Positions 30,227-39,246 of a stretch of DNA of 64,000 nt are shown here, one piece after another. Positions within the stretch are counted from its first letter, which is position 1, and each line of letters opens with the position of its first letter. Position numbers and translations under genes: made by a program. The notes below the pieces were generated by a model. It worked only from the letters and a program-made list of their open reading frames with translations. It made no database searches and was not told where the DNA came from. The DNA comes from an uncultured Pelagibacteraceae bacterium (lineage in GTDB: Bacteria > Pseudomonadota > Alphaproteobacteria > Pelagibacterales > Pelagibacteraceae). The DNA is taken from the NCBI GenBank assembly GCA_902543245.1, contig CACBXQ010000007.1, positions 161 to 64,160 of the forward strand, read 5' to 3'.

Positions 30227-30727
30227 TCAATTAAACCACCTAAAGGCCTCATAAATTGCGATACCATACATTGAATGTCTTATTAAAAATACAATTGAAA
30301 TTTGCATTGGTTTACCAGTGTTAATTCCGAAAATACCTTGCCCTGTAAAAGGCAAAAAAATCAGTAATGGTGCCAAAGTGGTGATAATCCCAAAAATAAA
30401 TCCTGTAAAATATGACATTTTAATTCCTAAAACTATAAAAGTTATGTAATAAATAATTGCCCAAAATATGGATATTAAGTAATGAAAAACCCATCCAAAA
30501 ATCAGCTCATATTTATAATTTGGCATTTCATCAATTTTTGGATTAAATAAAATACCATCTTTAATCATATAATAACCCCATCTACCTAAAATATTCCATG
30601 AAGGCTCAGGAATACCGATCATTTTTTGTAAATATCCTAAAATATCAAGTATTATGCATGAAAATATACCAGCGATAATTATGCTAATAATTATAGAATT
30701 TAGATCATTTATAATTAATTGCAGCAT
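30227..30727 (-). CDS. DUF2938-like membrane protein
   Basis: W..LGRW, E..GW.FHY, P..G.G.FG and H..YG pattern. Confidence 0.75.
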   Translation of the reverse strand: MLQLIINDLNSIIISIIIAGIFSCIILDILGYLQKMIGIPEPSWNILGRWGYYMIKDGILFNPKIDEMPNYKYELIFGWVFHYLISIFWAIIYYITFIVLGIKMSYFTGFIFGIITTLAPLLIFLPFTGQGIFGINTGKPMQISIVFLIRHSMYGIAIYEAFRWFN

Positions 30728-30761
30728 TAATTCTTTATAACATTTATCTTAAATATAACTA

Positions 30762-30790
30762 TTGACATGTATAATTGATTAATATATATA
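30762..30790 (+). promoter_or_regulatory. Candidate sigma70 promoter of the recombinase gene
   Basis: Consensus TTGACA (30762-30767), 17 nt, TATATA (30785-30790), abutting the inverted repeat. Confidence 0.55.
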
Positions 30791-30815
30791 TTCCGATAAT
30801 TAATGGTTATCGGAA
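30791..30815. other. Putative tyrosine-recombinase core site (lox/dif-like)
   Basis: Perfect 9-bp arms TTCCGATAA / TTATCGGAA around the asymmetric spacer TTAATGG, flanked by (AT)n tracts, 6 bp upstream of the recombinase ATG. Confidence 0.8.
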
Positions 30816-30821
30816 ATATAT

Positions 30822-31739
30822 ATGAATGATCTTATTACAGATGTAAAAACTCTTGAATTAGAAACGATTAAAAATTTAAGAAATTCAAAAGCAAATAATA
30901 CCGTCAGAGCTTATGAGGCAGACTTTAAGGATTTTTCATTATTTTGTTTAAAAAACAGTCTTAAATCCCTTCCAACTGAACCAAAAATATTATCTATTTA
31001 TCTAACCCATTTATCAAAAACTTGTAAATTTAGCACGTTAAAGAGAAGAATCGCATCAATAAAGGTAGTTCATAAAATGAAAGGTCACTACTTAGATTCA
31101 AAACATCCAATTATTATGGAGAATCTATTAGGAATTAAAAGGGTTAAAGGCTCATATCAAAAAGCAAAAAAACCTATATTAATCAATGATTTAAAACTTA
31201 TAATTAAAGCAATAGATCAATACGAAAAAAAGGAATTTAAAAAAATTAGAAACAAATCATTAATACTAATTGGTTTTTCAGGGGGTTTTAGAAGATCTGA
31301 ATTAGTAAATATTGAATATGAGGATCTTGAATTTGTAAATGAAGGACTAAAAATATTTATTAAAAGGTCAAAAACAGATCAATCCGGAGAAGGAAGTCTA
31401 AAAGCAATCCCCTATTTTAATAATTTAGAATTTTGCCCAGTTAGTAAATTAAAAGATTGGATTAATTATAATAATATAAAAGATGGTAAAATTTTTAGTA
31501 TTTCTGATAAATCAGTAGCTCTTATATTGAAGAAATATGCTTTATTAACAGGATTAGATCCAAATAAATACGGAGGTCATAGTCTAAGATCAGGATTTGC
31601 AACATCTGCAGCAGAGGCTGGTGCTGAAGAACGTAATATTATGGCTATGACAGGACATAAAACAACTCAAATGGTAAGAAGATACATCAATGAGTCTAAT
31701 TTGTTCAAGAATAATGCATTAAATAAAATTAAGATTTAA
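30822..31739 (+). CDS. Cre-like site-specific tyrosine recombinase
   Basis: Intact catalytic set: R (GGFRRSEL), K (RSKTDQ), HxxR (GHSLRSG), H (TGHK), Y (VRRY); N-terminal NTVRAY..DF..F core-binding domain. Confidence 0.93.
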   Translation: MNDLITDVKTLELETIKNLRNSKANNTVRAYEADFKDFSLFCLKNSLKSLPTEPKILSIYLTHLSKTCKFSTLKRRIASIKVVHKMKGHYLDSKHPIIMENLLGIKRVKGSYQKAKKPILINDLKLIIKAIDQYEKKEFKKIRNKSLILIGFSGGFRRSELVNIEYEDLEFVNEGLKIFIKRSKTDQSGEGSLKAIPYFNNLEFCPVSKLKDWINYNNIKDGKIFSISDKSVALILKKYALLTGLDPNKYGGHSLRSGFATSAAEAGAEERNIMAMTGHKTTQMVRRYINESNLFKNNALNKIKI

Positions 31740-32775
31740 TTAATAATTGCCTATAATTGTCAATTTTTTTGCTAACAAAATTATTTGTTAACTTAAATTT
31801 TTTATAGGAATTTAATTGCAATTTTAATCTTAAGTTAGAATTTTTAATAAGTTTTTCAATTGCATTTTTAACGGAATTGACTGTAAGATTATTTAAAATA
31901 ATAGAGTTAGGAGCAGCTTCTTTTAAACCACCTCTGTTTGATATTATTGTTGCGCAACCTTTACTCGACGCTTCTAATGCAACTCGTCCGAAAGGTTCAT
32001 CCCATCTAGAGCAAACTACTGATATTTTTGATTTTGATAACCAATTTAAGACAGAACTATATTTTTGAAAACCAAGAATTTTAAGATTTTTATGATTAAA
32101 AGAAATATTTTCACGAGGTTCATCACCTATAACTATTGACTTCCAATCAACATATTTATTAAGCAATTGAACTATAGCATTGCCAAAAAGATCATAACCT
32201 TTTGATTTATTTAATCTACCCACAAAAATAACTAAATTTTTTTTATTTTTAAAGTTAACATAAGATTTCTCAGTACATTGGTTAATGATTAAAAGTTTTT
32301 TCATCTTCTCTTTGTTTAGATTTAATCCTTTTAAAAACTGTTTTTTAGTCCAACTGCTATTGAAAATAATTTTTTTTGTTTTTTTTAAAAGATTTTTCTT
32401 TTTTGAAACAGTATCAGAATTTTTCATATCATTAGGATTGTTATGAAAATATAATATTAAATTATCATTAATCTGATAAAGTTTATCAATATAATCAGGT
32501 CTATTGTGAATTTCTATGAGATTAGATTTTTCTCTTAATTCATATTTTTTAAACTTTTCTAAATAAGAATTTGAACTACTTTTAAAAAAATATTTTTTAA
32601 ATGATAGATTTTTATAATTTTTAAGAAATTTTTTTTTAAACTTTGTATTTCCAAAAATAACTATTTTTTTTTTGAATTTGCTTAAAGAAACTGTATCCTT
32701 GACAAATAAGGAAACCGCTCCTGCATAATTTGGAGAGAAGTTTTCTTTATATGGAAGTAATATCGAAATTTTCAT
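31729..32775 (-). CDS. Glycosyltransferase family 4
   Basis: FVGRL...KG, EPFGRVALEA and SNRGGLKE motifs. Confidence 0.92.
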   Translation of the reverse strand: MKISILLPYKENFSPNYAGAVSLFVKDTVSLSKFKKKIVIFGNTKFKKKFLKNYKNLSFKKYFFKSSSNSYLEKFKKYELREKSNLIEIHNRPDYIDKLYQINDNLILYFHNNPNDMKNSDTVSKKKNLLKKTKKIIFNSSWTKKQFLKGLNLNKEKMKKLLIINQCTEKSYVNFKNKKNLVIFVGRLNKSKGYDLFGNAIVQLLNKYVDWKSIVIGDEPRENISFNHKNLKILGFQKYSSVLNWLSKSKISVVCSRWDEPFGRVALEASSKGCATIISNRGGLKEAAPNSIILNNLTVNSVKNAIEKLIKNSNLRLKLQLNSYKKFKLTNNFVSKKIDNYRQLLIKS

Positions 32776-33035
32776 TTAAATTTTTTTAAATAATTAATTT
32801 TGATTTTATCTCTTAATTTCCGATTTTTTTTAAGCAAGTATTCATTTTTCATAGCTAAAGATTTACTATTATACAACCTCTTGTAAGCTAAAAACCATAA
32901 TTTTCCTTTTGTGAATTTTGCACCTTTTGAATTATTGTGTTGTTCTAACCTTTTTTTTAGATCTGATGTATAGCCAACGTATGATGTAACTTTTTCTTTA
33001 TTAATAGATACCAAAAGATAAACATAATATCTCAT
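32772..33035 (-). CDS. GIY-YIG nuclease family protein
   Basis: YVYLL..SYVGYT.DL..RL..HN..KGAKFT and A...E..LK motifs. Confidence 0.92.
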   Translation of the reverse strand: MRYYVYLLVSINKEKVTSYVGYTSDLKKRLEQHNNSKGAKFTKGKLWFLAYKRLYNSKSLAMKNEYLLKKNRKLRDKIKINYLKKFK

Positions 33036-33038
33036 ATT

Positions 33039-33113
33039 TGGCGGTCCCTAGGGGAATCGAACCCCTCTTTCATGGATGAAAACCATGTGTCCTAACCGAT
33101 AGACGAAGGGACC
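33039..33113 (-). tRNA. tRNA-Glu (TTC)
   Basis: GGTCCCTTCGTCTATCGGTTAGGACACATGGTTTTCATCCATGAAAGAGGGGTTCGATTCCCCTAGGGACCGCCA; cloverleaf with encoded CCA. Confidence 0.97.
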
Positions 33114-33148
33114 AAAGAACGCTTTTGTATTGTAATTATTGTATTTAA

Positions 33149-34093
33149 TCAAGTGGCAGTAACCTCTTTTTTTACAACATTAATTAAAGTATTTTTGCAT
33201 GTCACTAATGTTTCAGTAATAAATTTTCCATCATTATGAATAACACCGTTCACATGTTCATTATTTGTTATACCGGTAGCACAAAAAATTGAGTCACCTT
33301 TTACAATGTCTTTAAGATCATATTTTTTATCTAAATCTTTAATACCCATATTTTTTGCACGTTTTTTATCTTCATCAGATTCAAATAAAAATCTGCCCTG
33401 AAATTTGCAATCATAAGCATCTAGTGCCGAGGCTGCTAAAACACCTTCTGGCCCACCACCAATACCAAAGTATGCGTCAACATTGTATTTTTTATTGGTC
33501 ACTAATAGTGCTCCAGATACATCACCGTCTGTGATTAATTTAACATTTACATTAATTTTCTTTAATTTTTCAATAATATCAGCATGTCTTGGTCTGTCTA
33601 AAATGCATATTGTTATTTGATTTAATTCTTTTTTTTTTGAATCTGCAATATTTTTAACGTTTTTTTCAATATCAAAATCTAAATCAGTAGCATCGTGTGG
33701 TACGTCTGCTGAAACAGCTAATTTATTCATATATGTCTCTGGAGCATGAAATAAATCACCTTTTTTTGAAACAGCCATTACTGATAAAGCTCCAGGGAGA
33801 TTTTTTGCAGCAAAGTTTGTACCTTCTAACGGATCAACTGCTATATCTAAGCTAGGACCTTTCCCAGTTCCTAATTTTTCCCCTATATAAAGCATTGGTG
33901 CTTCATCGAGTTCACCCTCACCTATTACTACCTTGCCATCAATGTCTAAGAGATTTAAATTTTTCCTCATTTCATCTGTGGCTGCTTTATCAGCTAAATT
34001 TTTGTCATTTTTTCCCAAATATTTAAAACAACTAATAGCTGCTTTACTGGTAATATTAACAAAACTATCAATAAGATTCTTATTAAAACTCAT
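33149..34093 (-). CDS. glpX: Fructose-1,6-bisphosphatase class II
   Basis: VIGEGELDEAPML, AVDPLEGT, DGDV and GGGPEGV motifs. Confidence 0.97.
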   Translation of the reverse strand: MSFNKNLIDSFVNITSKAAISCFKYLGKNDKNLADKAATDEMRKNLNLLDIDGKVVIGEGELDEAPMLYIGEKLGTGKGPSLDIAVDPLEGTNFAAKNLPGALSVMAVSKKGDLFHAPETYMNKLAVSADVPHDATDLDFDIEKNVKNIADSKKKELNQITICILDRPRHADIIEKLKKINVNVKLITDGDVSGALLVTNKKYNVDAYFGIGGGPEGVLAASALDAYDCKFQGRFLFESDEDKKRAKNMGIKDLDKKYDLKDIVKGDSIFCATGITNNEHVNGVIHNDGKFITETLVTCKNTLINVVKKEVTAT

Positions 34094-35086
34094 TTAAACA
34101 ATAATTTTATCATTTTCTTTTGCATTTAATTTAGCCTCAAATTCTCTCAATCTTTTCCATACAGATATTAATTCTACAATTGTTGACCAACTTTTAACTA
34201 AATATTGTAATGACCCTTCTACTCTACCAAAAGCTCGAGTTATTTGTTGCACAAATCCTAAAGTAATTGCACCTGTTACAATTGTTGGTGCTAGCGCTAA
34301 GTATGGCACAATTACCATACCTTGGAAATAACTCCATTTGACCGTATTAAAGTATAAGTAATGAAAATAAGATTTAAAATGTATACCTCTTACTCTATCA
34401 TATAATTGTCCTATAGTCGGTGGAGCTGCTCTGATAGGGCTCTCTTCACCTAGTACAAGCTCTTTTCTATATCCAGCTTCCTCTTTTTGAATATCATACT
34501 CTATACCTGGTAATCTTATTCCAACCGCAGCAAGTAACAATGTACCACCTAATGCTGATAATATAGCCACCCATACCAATGCGTGATTAACCTCCCCTAT
34601 CCATGGAAGAACATTTACTTGTTTTGATAAACCCCACAAAATTGGGGTAAATGCTACTAACGTCATTAAACTATCTAAAAGTCCCGTTCCTAAACCTTCC
34701 ATAATTCTTGCAAATTTTAATGTATCTTCTTGCACTCTTTGGGATGCACCTTCAGTCAATCTAGCGTTCAACCATTGTTCATGATAATAGTCAGCCATCG
34801 ATGTTCTCCACCTAAAAACCCAATGACTTGTAAAAAAACCTGTAAGCACTGCAATTATAATCCAACCACCAGCAATTTTTGCAAAAGTGAAAAGATATGC
34901 AATAAATTCTGCTTCTGTTACAGAGTTTGGTGTGGTTAAAGCTTTTTGCAAAGTATCATAAAAATCTCCAAACCATTCGTTAATTTTTACATCCAACTGA
35001 ACTTGATACCACGTTGAAACAAGTATTAAAATTGATCCACCAATACTCCAAGGGAACCAGTTTTTATTAGTAAAGAATTTAAACAT
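34094..35086 (-). CDS. SbmA/BacA-family peptide transporter
   Basis: INEWFGDFYD, FRWRT.M, EGASQRVQEDT and EAGYRKELV.GE motifs. Confidence 0.9.
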   Translation of the reverse strand: MFKFFTNKNWFPWSIGGSILILVSTWYQVQLDVKINEWFGDFYDTLQKALTTPNSVTEAEFIAYLFTFAKIAGGWIIIAVLTGFFTSHWVFRWRTSMADYYHEQWLNARLTEGASQRVQEDTLKFARIMEGLGTGLLDSLMTLVAFTPILWGLSKQVNVLPWIGEVNHALVWVAILSALGGTLLLAAVGIRLPGIEYDIQKEEAGYRKELVLGEESPIRAAPPTIGQLYDRVRGIHFKSYFHYLYFNTVKWSYFQGMVIVPYLALAPTIVTGAITLGFVQQITRAFGRVEGSLQYLVKSWSTIVELISVWKRLREFEAKLNAKENDKIIV

Positions 35087-35367
35087 TATTTAATAAAATT
35101 ATCAGAATATGATTTTTTAATAATTTTTCTTTCGTTAGGTTCAATTATTTCATAATTAATTTTATTTTTTTTGGCATATTCAATGGCAATATCTTTATCA
35201 TCAAATTCGAGTTTAACTTCAGACATAGTGTCCGATGAGGTCTCCCATCCCATTAATGGATTAACATTTTTGTCATTTGTATAAAATTCAAGTATCCATT
35301 TATCATATTTAGCAAGCCCTGATTGTGTTGCGGTTTTAGATGGTTTATAAATTTTTGCTTTTTTCAT
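35086..35367 (-). CDS. ETC complex I subunit (NDUFS4-like)
   Basis: AKIYKP.K.A.QSG, NPLMGW.TS.DT..EV.L.F and SYSDNF motifs. Start at ATG 35367; the ORF track's extension runs into the tRNA. Confidence 0.92.
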   Translation of the reverse strand: MKKAKIYKPSKTATQSGLAKYDKWILEFYTNDKNVNPLMGWETSSDTMSEVKLEFDDKDIAIEYAKKNKINYEIIEPNERKIIKKSYSDNFIK

Positions 35368-35371
35368 AAAA

Positions 35372-35448
<77 letters not shown>

Positions 35449-35541
35449 ATTTTGAAACTATTACAGCAAATATTACTTTTTTAAAAGGATAAAGAGATCA
35501 AAATTAAAGAATTTTCACTAGAATCTGATATAAAACATTTA

Positions 35542-35997
35542 ATGATAGTCAGTTGTCCTTGTGGGAAAAAAAAATTCAATCTAGATATCTCTTTAATCCC
35601 TGAAGAAGGTAGATTATTGCAATGTGGTACCTGTGATCGTAAATGGCATTACTCGATACCCCTGGATACTAAAGCTGGTAATGTGAAAATTTCAACAAAC
35701 TTTTCTGTGTCAAAGATTGATAATGATTTTGTCAGTAATGAAATTAAAACAAAAAATGATATAGAAAACGAAATTAAAGAGTCAATTAATAACAATGTAA
35801 TAGAAAAAAAACAAAATAATATATCAATTTTATCAATCTTATCTTTATCGATTGTAAGTTTTTTAGCGCTGATAATATTGTTAGACACATTTAAGTATCA
35901 AATTGAAATAATTATACCTAATTTTAATAGTTATTTGACTAATTTATATGTTACGATAAATGATATTTACTTATTTTTAATTGATCTTATAAGATAA
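35542..35997 (+). CDS. Zinc-ribbon (MJ0042-like finger) membrane-anchored protein
   Basis: CPC..KF......IP..GR.LQCGTC...W, low-complexity linker, one C-terminal TM segment. Confidence 0.8.
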   Translation: MIVSCPCGKKKFNLDISLIPEEGRLLQCGTCDRKWHYSIPLDTKAGNVKISTNFSVSKIDNDFVSNEIKTKNDIENEIKESINNNVIEKKQNNISILSILSLSIVSFLALIILLDTFKYQIEIIIPNFNSYLTNLYVTINDIYLFLIDLIR

Positions 35998-36000
35998 CTT

Positions 36001-37173
36001 ATGATTAATTATATTTCAGCGCCTTTCAAATGGTTTTTTAGACTTGAAGCAGCAAGTGGTCTTATTTTATTAATTAGTGCAATTATTGCTTTAATTGTAA
36101 GCAATTCGTCATTATCAGAATTATATTTTGACACGTTAAATAAGTATTTATTTATTGGTGTAAATAATTTTGGATTAAAATTAAGTGTTTTACACTGGAT
36201 AAATGATGCATTAATGGCAATCTTCTTTTTTTTTGTTACATTAGAAATTAAAAGAGAGTTTCTTCAAGGTGAGTTATCATCTAAAAAGCAAGCTATTTTA
36301 CCAATTGTTGGAGCTGTTGGTGGAATGTTGGTTCCTGCATTAATATATATTATAATCAATTTTAATACCCCAAATACACTTAATGGATGGGCTATACCTT
36401 CAGCAACAGATATTGCTTTTTCTATAGGGATATTATCTTTACTGGGCTCAAGAGTTCCATTGTCATTAAAAGTATTTCTAACAGCTCTTGCTATTATTGA
36501 TGATCTTGGTGCAATTGTAATTATCGCTTTTTTCTATTCTGGTGATTTAAGTATTAAATATCTAGGCTTGATGTTACTGTCATTTATATTACTTTTAACA
36601 TTAAATAAATATTCTATAAAAAAATTTATACCATATTTATTAATAGGATTATTTCTTTGGTTTTTTACTTATAAATCTGGAATACATGCAACAATAGCTG
36701 GTGTATTATTAGCAGCTTGCATTCCTCATAGAAAAAAAGATCATGATTTTTCATTATTGGTAAAAATAGAACATGCTATAAGTCCTTATGTAGCATTTTT
36801 CATAATGCCATTATTTGCATTTGCAAATGCTGGAGTTTCATTAGTGGGATTATCTTTTTCTTCGCTGCTATTACCTGTACCTTTGGGTATACTTCTAGGA
36901 TTATTTATAGGGAAACAATTTGGAGTATTTGTTTTTTCATATGCCTCAATAAAATTTGGTTTTGCAGAGATGCCAAATAAATCTAATTTACTAAGTTTTT
37001 ATGCCGTTGGTGTGTTAACTGGAATTGGTTTCACTATGAGTTTATTTGTTGGAAATTTAGCTTTTGCAAACGATATGCAATATATTGATGGCGTAAAAAT
37101 AGGAGTTTTATCTGGATCTTTATTATCAACATTATTTGGGTATTTTTTATTATTAATATCAACAAAAAAATAA
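36001..37173 (+). CDS. nhaA: Na+/H+ antiporter NhaA
   Basis: WINDALM, GWAIPSATDIAF, LAIIDDLGA and GIGFTMS motifs. Confidence 0.98.
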   Translation: MINYISAPFKWFFRLEAASGLILLISAIIALIVSNSSLSELYFDTLNKYLFIGVNNFGLKLSVLHWINDALMAIFFFFVTLEIKREFLQGELSSKKQAILPIVGAVGGMLVPALIYIIINFNTPNTLNGWAIPSATDIAFSIGILSLLGSRVPLSLKVFLTALAIIDDLGAIVIIAFFYSGDLSIKYLGLMLLSFILLLTLNKYSIKKFIPYLLIGLFLWFFTYKSGIHATIAGVLLAACIPHRKKDHDFSLLVKIEHAISPYVAFFIMPLFAFANAGVSLVGLSFSSLLLPVPLGILLGLFIGKQFGVFVFSYASIKFGFAEMPNKSNLLSFYAVGVLTGIGFTMSLFVGNLAFANDMQYIDGVKIGVLSGSLLSTLFGYFLLLISTKK

Positions 37174-37181
37174 TTTTTTAA

Positions 37182-37739
37182 ATGACAAAATTTAAAGAAA
37201 TTATTGGAATTATTTTTATGGTTTTATTTTTTACAAAAGCATCTTCTGAGTATAAAACAATTTTTTATGACTATAAATTAAATGATATTGATGGTGAAAG
37301 TTTAGACTTATCAATATTTAAAGATAGAGCAGTTTTATTGGTAAATGTTGCAAGTAATTGCGGTTTTACAAAACAATATACTGACTTACAAAAAATTTGG
37401 GACGATTATAAAGATAAAGGTCTCACTGTTATTGGGGTCCCATCAAATCAATTTGGGGGTCAGGAACCTGGATCAAATGAGGATATAAAAGAATTTTGTA
37501 AAGTAAATTTTAATGTTACTTTTCCTATGACAGATAAAATTGACGTAAAAGGTGATAATGCTCATCCATTATACAAATGGGCATTTGAAAACTATGGTAA
37601 ATCTGCCATTCCAAAATGGAATTTTCATAAAATATTAATTGATAAAAATGGTAAAATTTTTAACACTTATTCATCATTTACTAAACCAACCTCAAAAAAA
37701 ATTACTAAAGATATTAAAAAAATTTTAAATATTGAATGA
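37182..37739 (+). CDS. Glutathione peroxidase family protein (Cys type)
   Basis: VNVASNCGFT, PSNQFGGQEPG and KWNFHK motifs. Confidence 0.95.
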   Translation: MTKFKEIIGIIFMVLFFTKASSEYKTIFYDYKLNDIDGESLDLSIFKDRAVLLVNVASNCGFTKQYTDLQKIWDDYKDKGLTVIGVPSNQFGGQEPGSNEDIKEFCKVNFNVTFPMTDKIDVKGDNAHPLYKWAFENYGKSAIPKWNFHKILIDKNGKIFNTYSSFTKPTSKKITKDIKKILNIE

Positions 37740-38489
37740 CAAACCATCGTAGGCAGGAAATACATTTTTAGGAATAATTTTTTTAATTTTTTTGTAATCT
37801 ATATCATTGTGTAAATTTGTAAGAAAAGTTTTTTTTGGCTTAATAATCTTAATTAATTCCAAAACATCAGTCAAATTGAAATGTGAGGGATGGTAATTGT
37901 ATCGCAAACAATCGACTACAAAATATTTTAAATTTTTAAATTTATGAAGATCTTTATTAAAAATTTTATTAACGTCCGGTGCATATGCACAACTATTATT
38001 AATTATATAAGCGTTACTATTAATTGCTCCATGTTTAACAGGTATCCTATTGATGAGTATTTTTTTATTTATAATTATTTTTTTTTTTAAATTTATAGAT
38101 TTTAAGGTAGCAGGATAACCACCCATATTATCAAAACAATATTTAAATGATTTAAGAAGATACTTTTTAGTTAAACTATCGCCATAAACAGGTATTTTTT
38201 TTTTATTTTTGAAATAAAAAACTCTTAACTCATTAATTCCATGTGTCTGATCAGCATGTTGGTGTGTATAAAAAACGTAATCAATATTATTTATTTTATT
38301 TGAGAGAAGCTGCGATTTTATGTCAGGCGACGTATCAAAAATAATATTCATATTGTCATAAGAAAGTAATGCTGAGCATCTAGTTCTATAATTTTTTTTA
38401 TTTTTTGCATCACAATTTCCAAAAAAACCATCTATTCTTGGAACACCCAAAGAACTTCCGCAACCTAAAATAGTGAATTTAGGTTTCAT
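37725..38489 (-). CDS. MBL-fold metallo-hydrolase (PhnP-like)
   Basis: ILGCGSS.GVP and THQHADQTHG motifs; conserved position after tatD. Confidence 0.9.
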   Translation of the reverse strand: MKPKFTILGCGSSLGVPRIDGFFGNCDAKNKKNYRTRCSALLSYDNMNIIFDTSPDIKSQLLSNKINNIDYVFYTHQHADQTHGINELRVFYFKNKKKIPVYGDSLTKKYLLKSFKYCFDNMGGYPATLKSINLKKKIIINKKILINRIPVKHGAINSNAYIINNSCAYAPDVNKIFNKDLHKFKNLKYFVVDCLRYNYHPSHFNLTDVLELIKIIKPKKTFLTNLHNDIDYKKIKKIIPKNVFPAYDGLSFNI

Positions 38490-39246
38490 TAGAAAATAAT
38501 GTATTAAAGTTTTTTGTTGTTTGATCTTCTAAAATTTTAGGATCAATTTTTTTTAAAGCTGACAATTTTTCTAATGTATATTTTACAAAACCAGGTTCAT
38601 TTTTTTTTCCTCTCATAGGAACAGGAGCTAAAAATGGGCTATCAGTTTCTATAAGCAACCTTTCCAAAGGAATTTTGCTAAAAGTATCTTGTAATTCATT
38701 ACTGTTTTTAAATGTGATAATTCCAGATGCAGAGAAGTAAGCATTAAGTTTTATTAGATCGTGAGCAAAATCTAATGATCCAGTAAAACAATGCATTAAA
38801 ATTTTTGGTTTATAATTTTTAAAATCATTTAGTATATCAAATGTTTCTTTTTCAGCACTTCTTGAATGTATAATAATAGGTTTTTTAAGTTCAATTGACG
38901 CTTCAATGTGATTAATAAAACTGTTTATTTGGAGATCTCTTTGACTATTATTATAATAAAAATCAAGGCCACTTTCACCAACACCTATAATTTTTTTATT
39001 TATTTTTACCTTTTCAATAATTTCATTTTTTGTTAATAATTCATTTTCAGCATTATGGGGGTGTATACCAAACGTTCCATAAATCTCTGGATACTTATCA
39101 ATAAAAGTAATTATATTTTCGTAGCTTTTTTTATTTGTGCAGATTGTTAGAAATTTTTTAACACCAATATCCTTTGCTCTATTTATAACATTATCTAAAT
39201 CAGTAAAAAGTGGTTCAATATCTAGATGACAGTGAGAATCAATCAT
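38479..39246 (-). CDS. tatD: TatD-family hydrolase/DNase
   Basis: DSHCHL, GIHPH, GESGLD, HCFTG and ETDSPFL motifs. Confidence 0.95.
   Translation of the reverse strand: MIDSHCHLDIEPLFTDLDNVINRAKDIGVKKFLTICTNKKSYENIITFIDKYPEIYGTFGIHPHNAENELLTKNEIIEKVKINKKIIGVGESGLDFYYNNSQRDLQINSFINHIEASIELKKPIIIHSRSAEKETFDILNDFKNYKPKILMHCFTGSLDFAHDLIKLNAYFSASGIITFKNSNELQDTFSKIPLERLLIETDSPFLAPVPMRGKKNEPGFVKYTLEKLSALKKIDPKILEDQTTKNFNTLFSNET

Noticed and set aside
30822-33113. Recombinase plus nearby tRNA-Glu as a prophage or genomic island
   Set aside because: The recombinase is not adjacent to the tRNA, I found no duplicated tRNA 3' end, there are no phage or mobility genes, and there is no obvious compositional shift.
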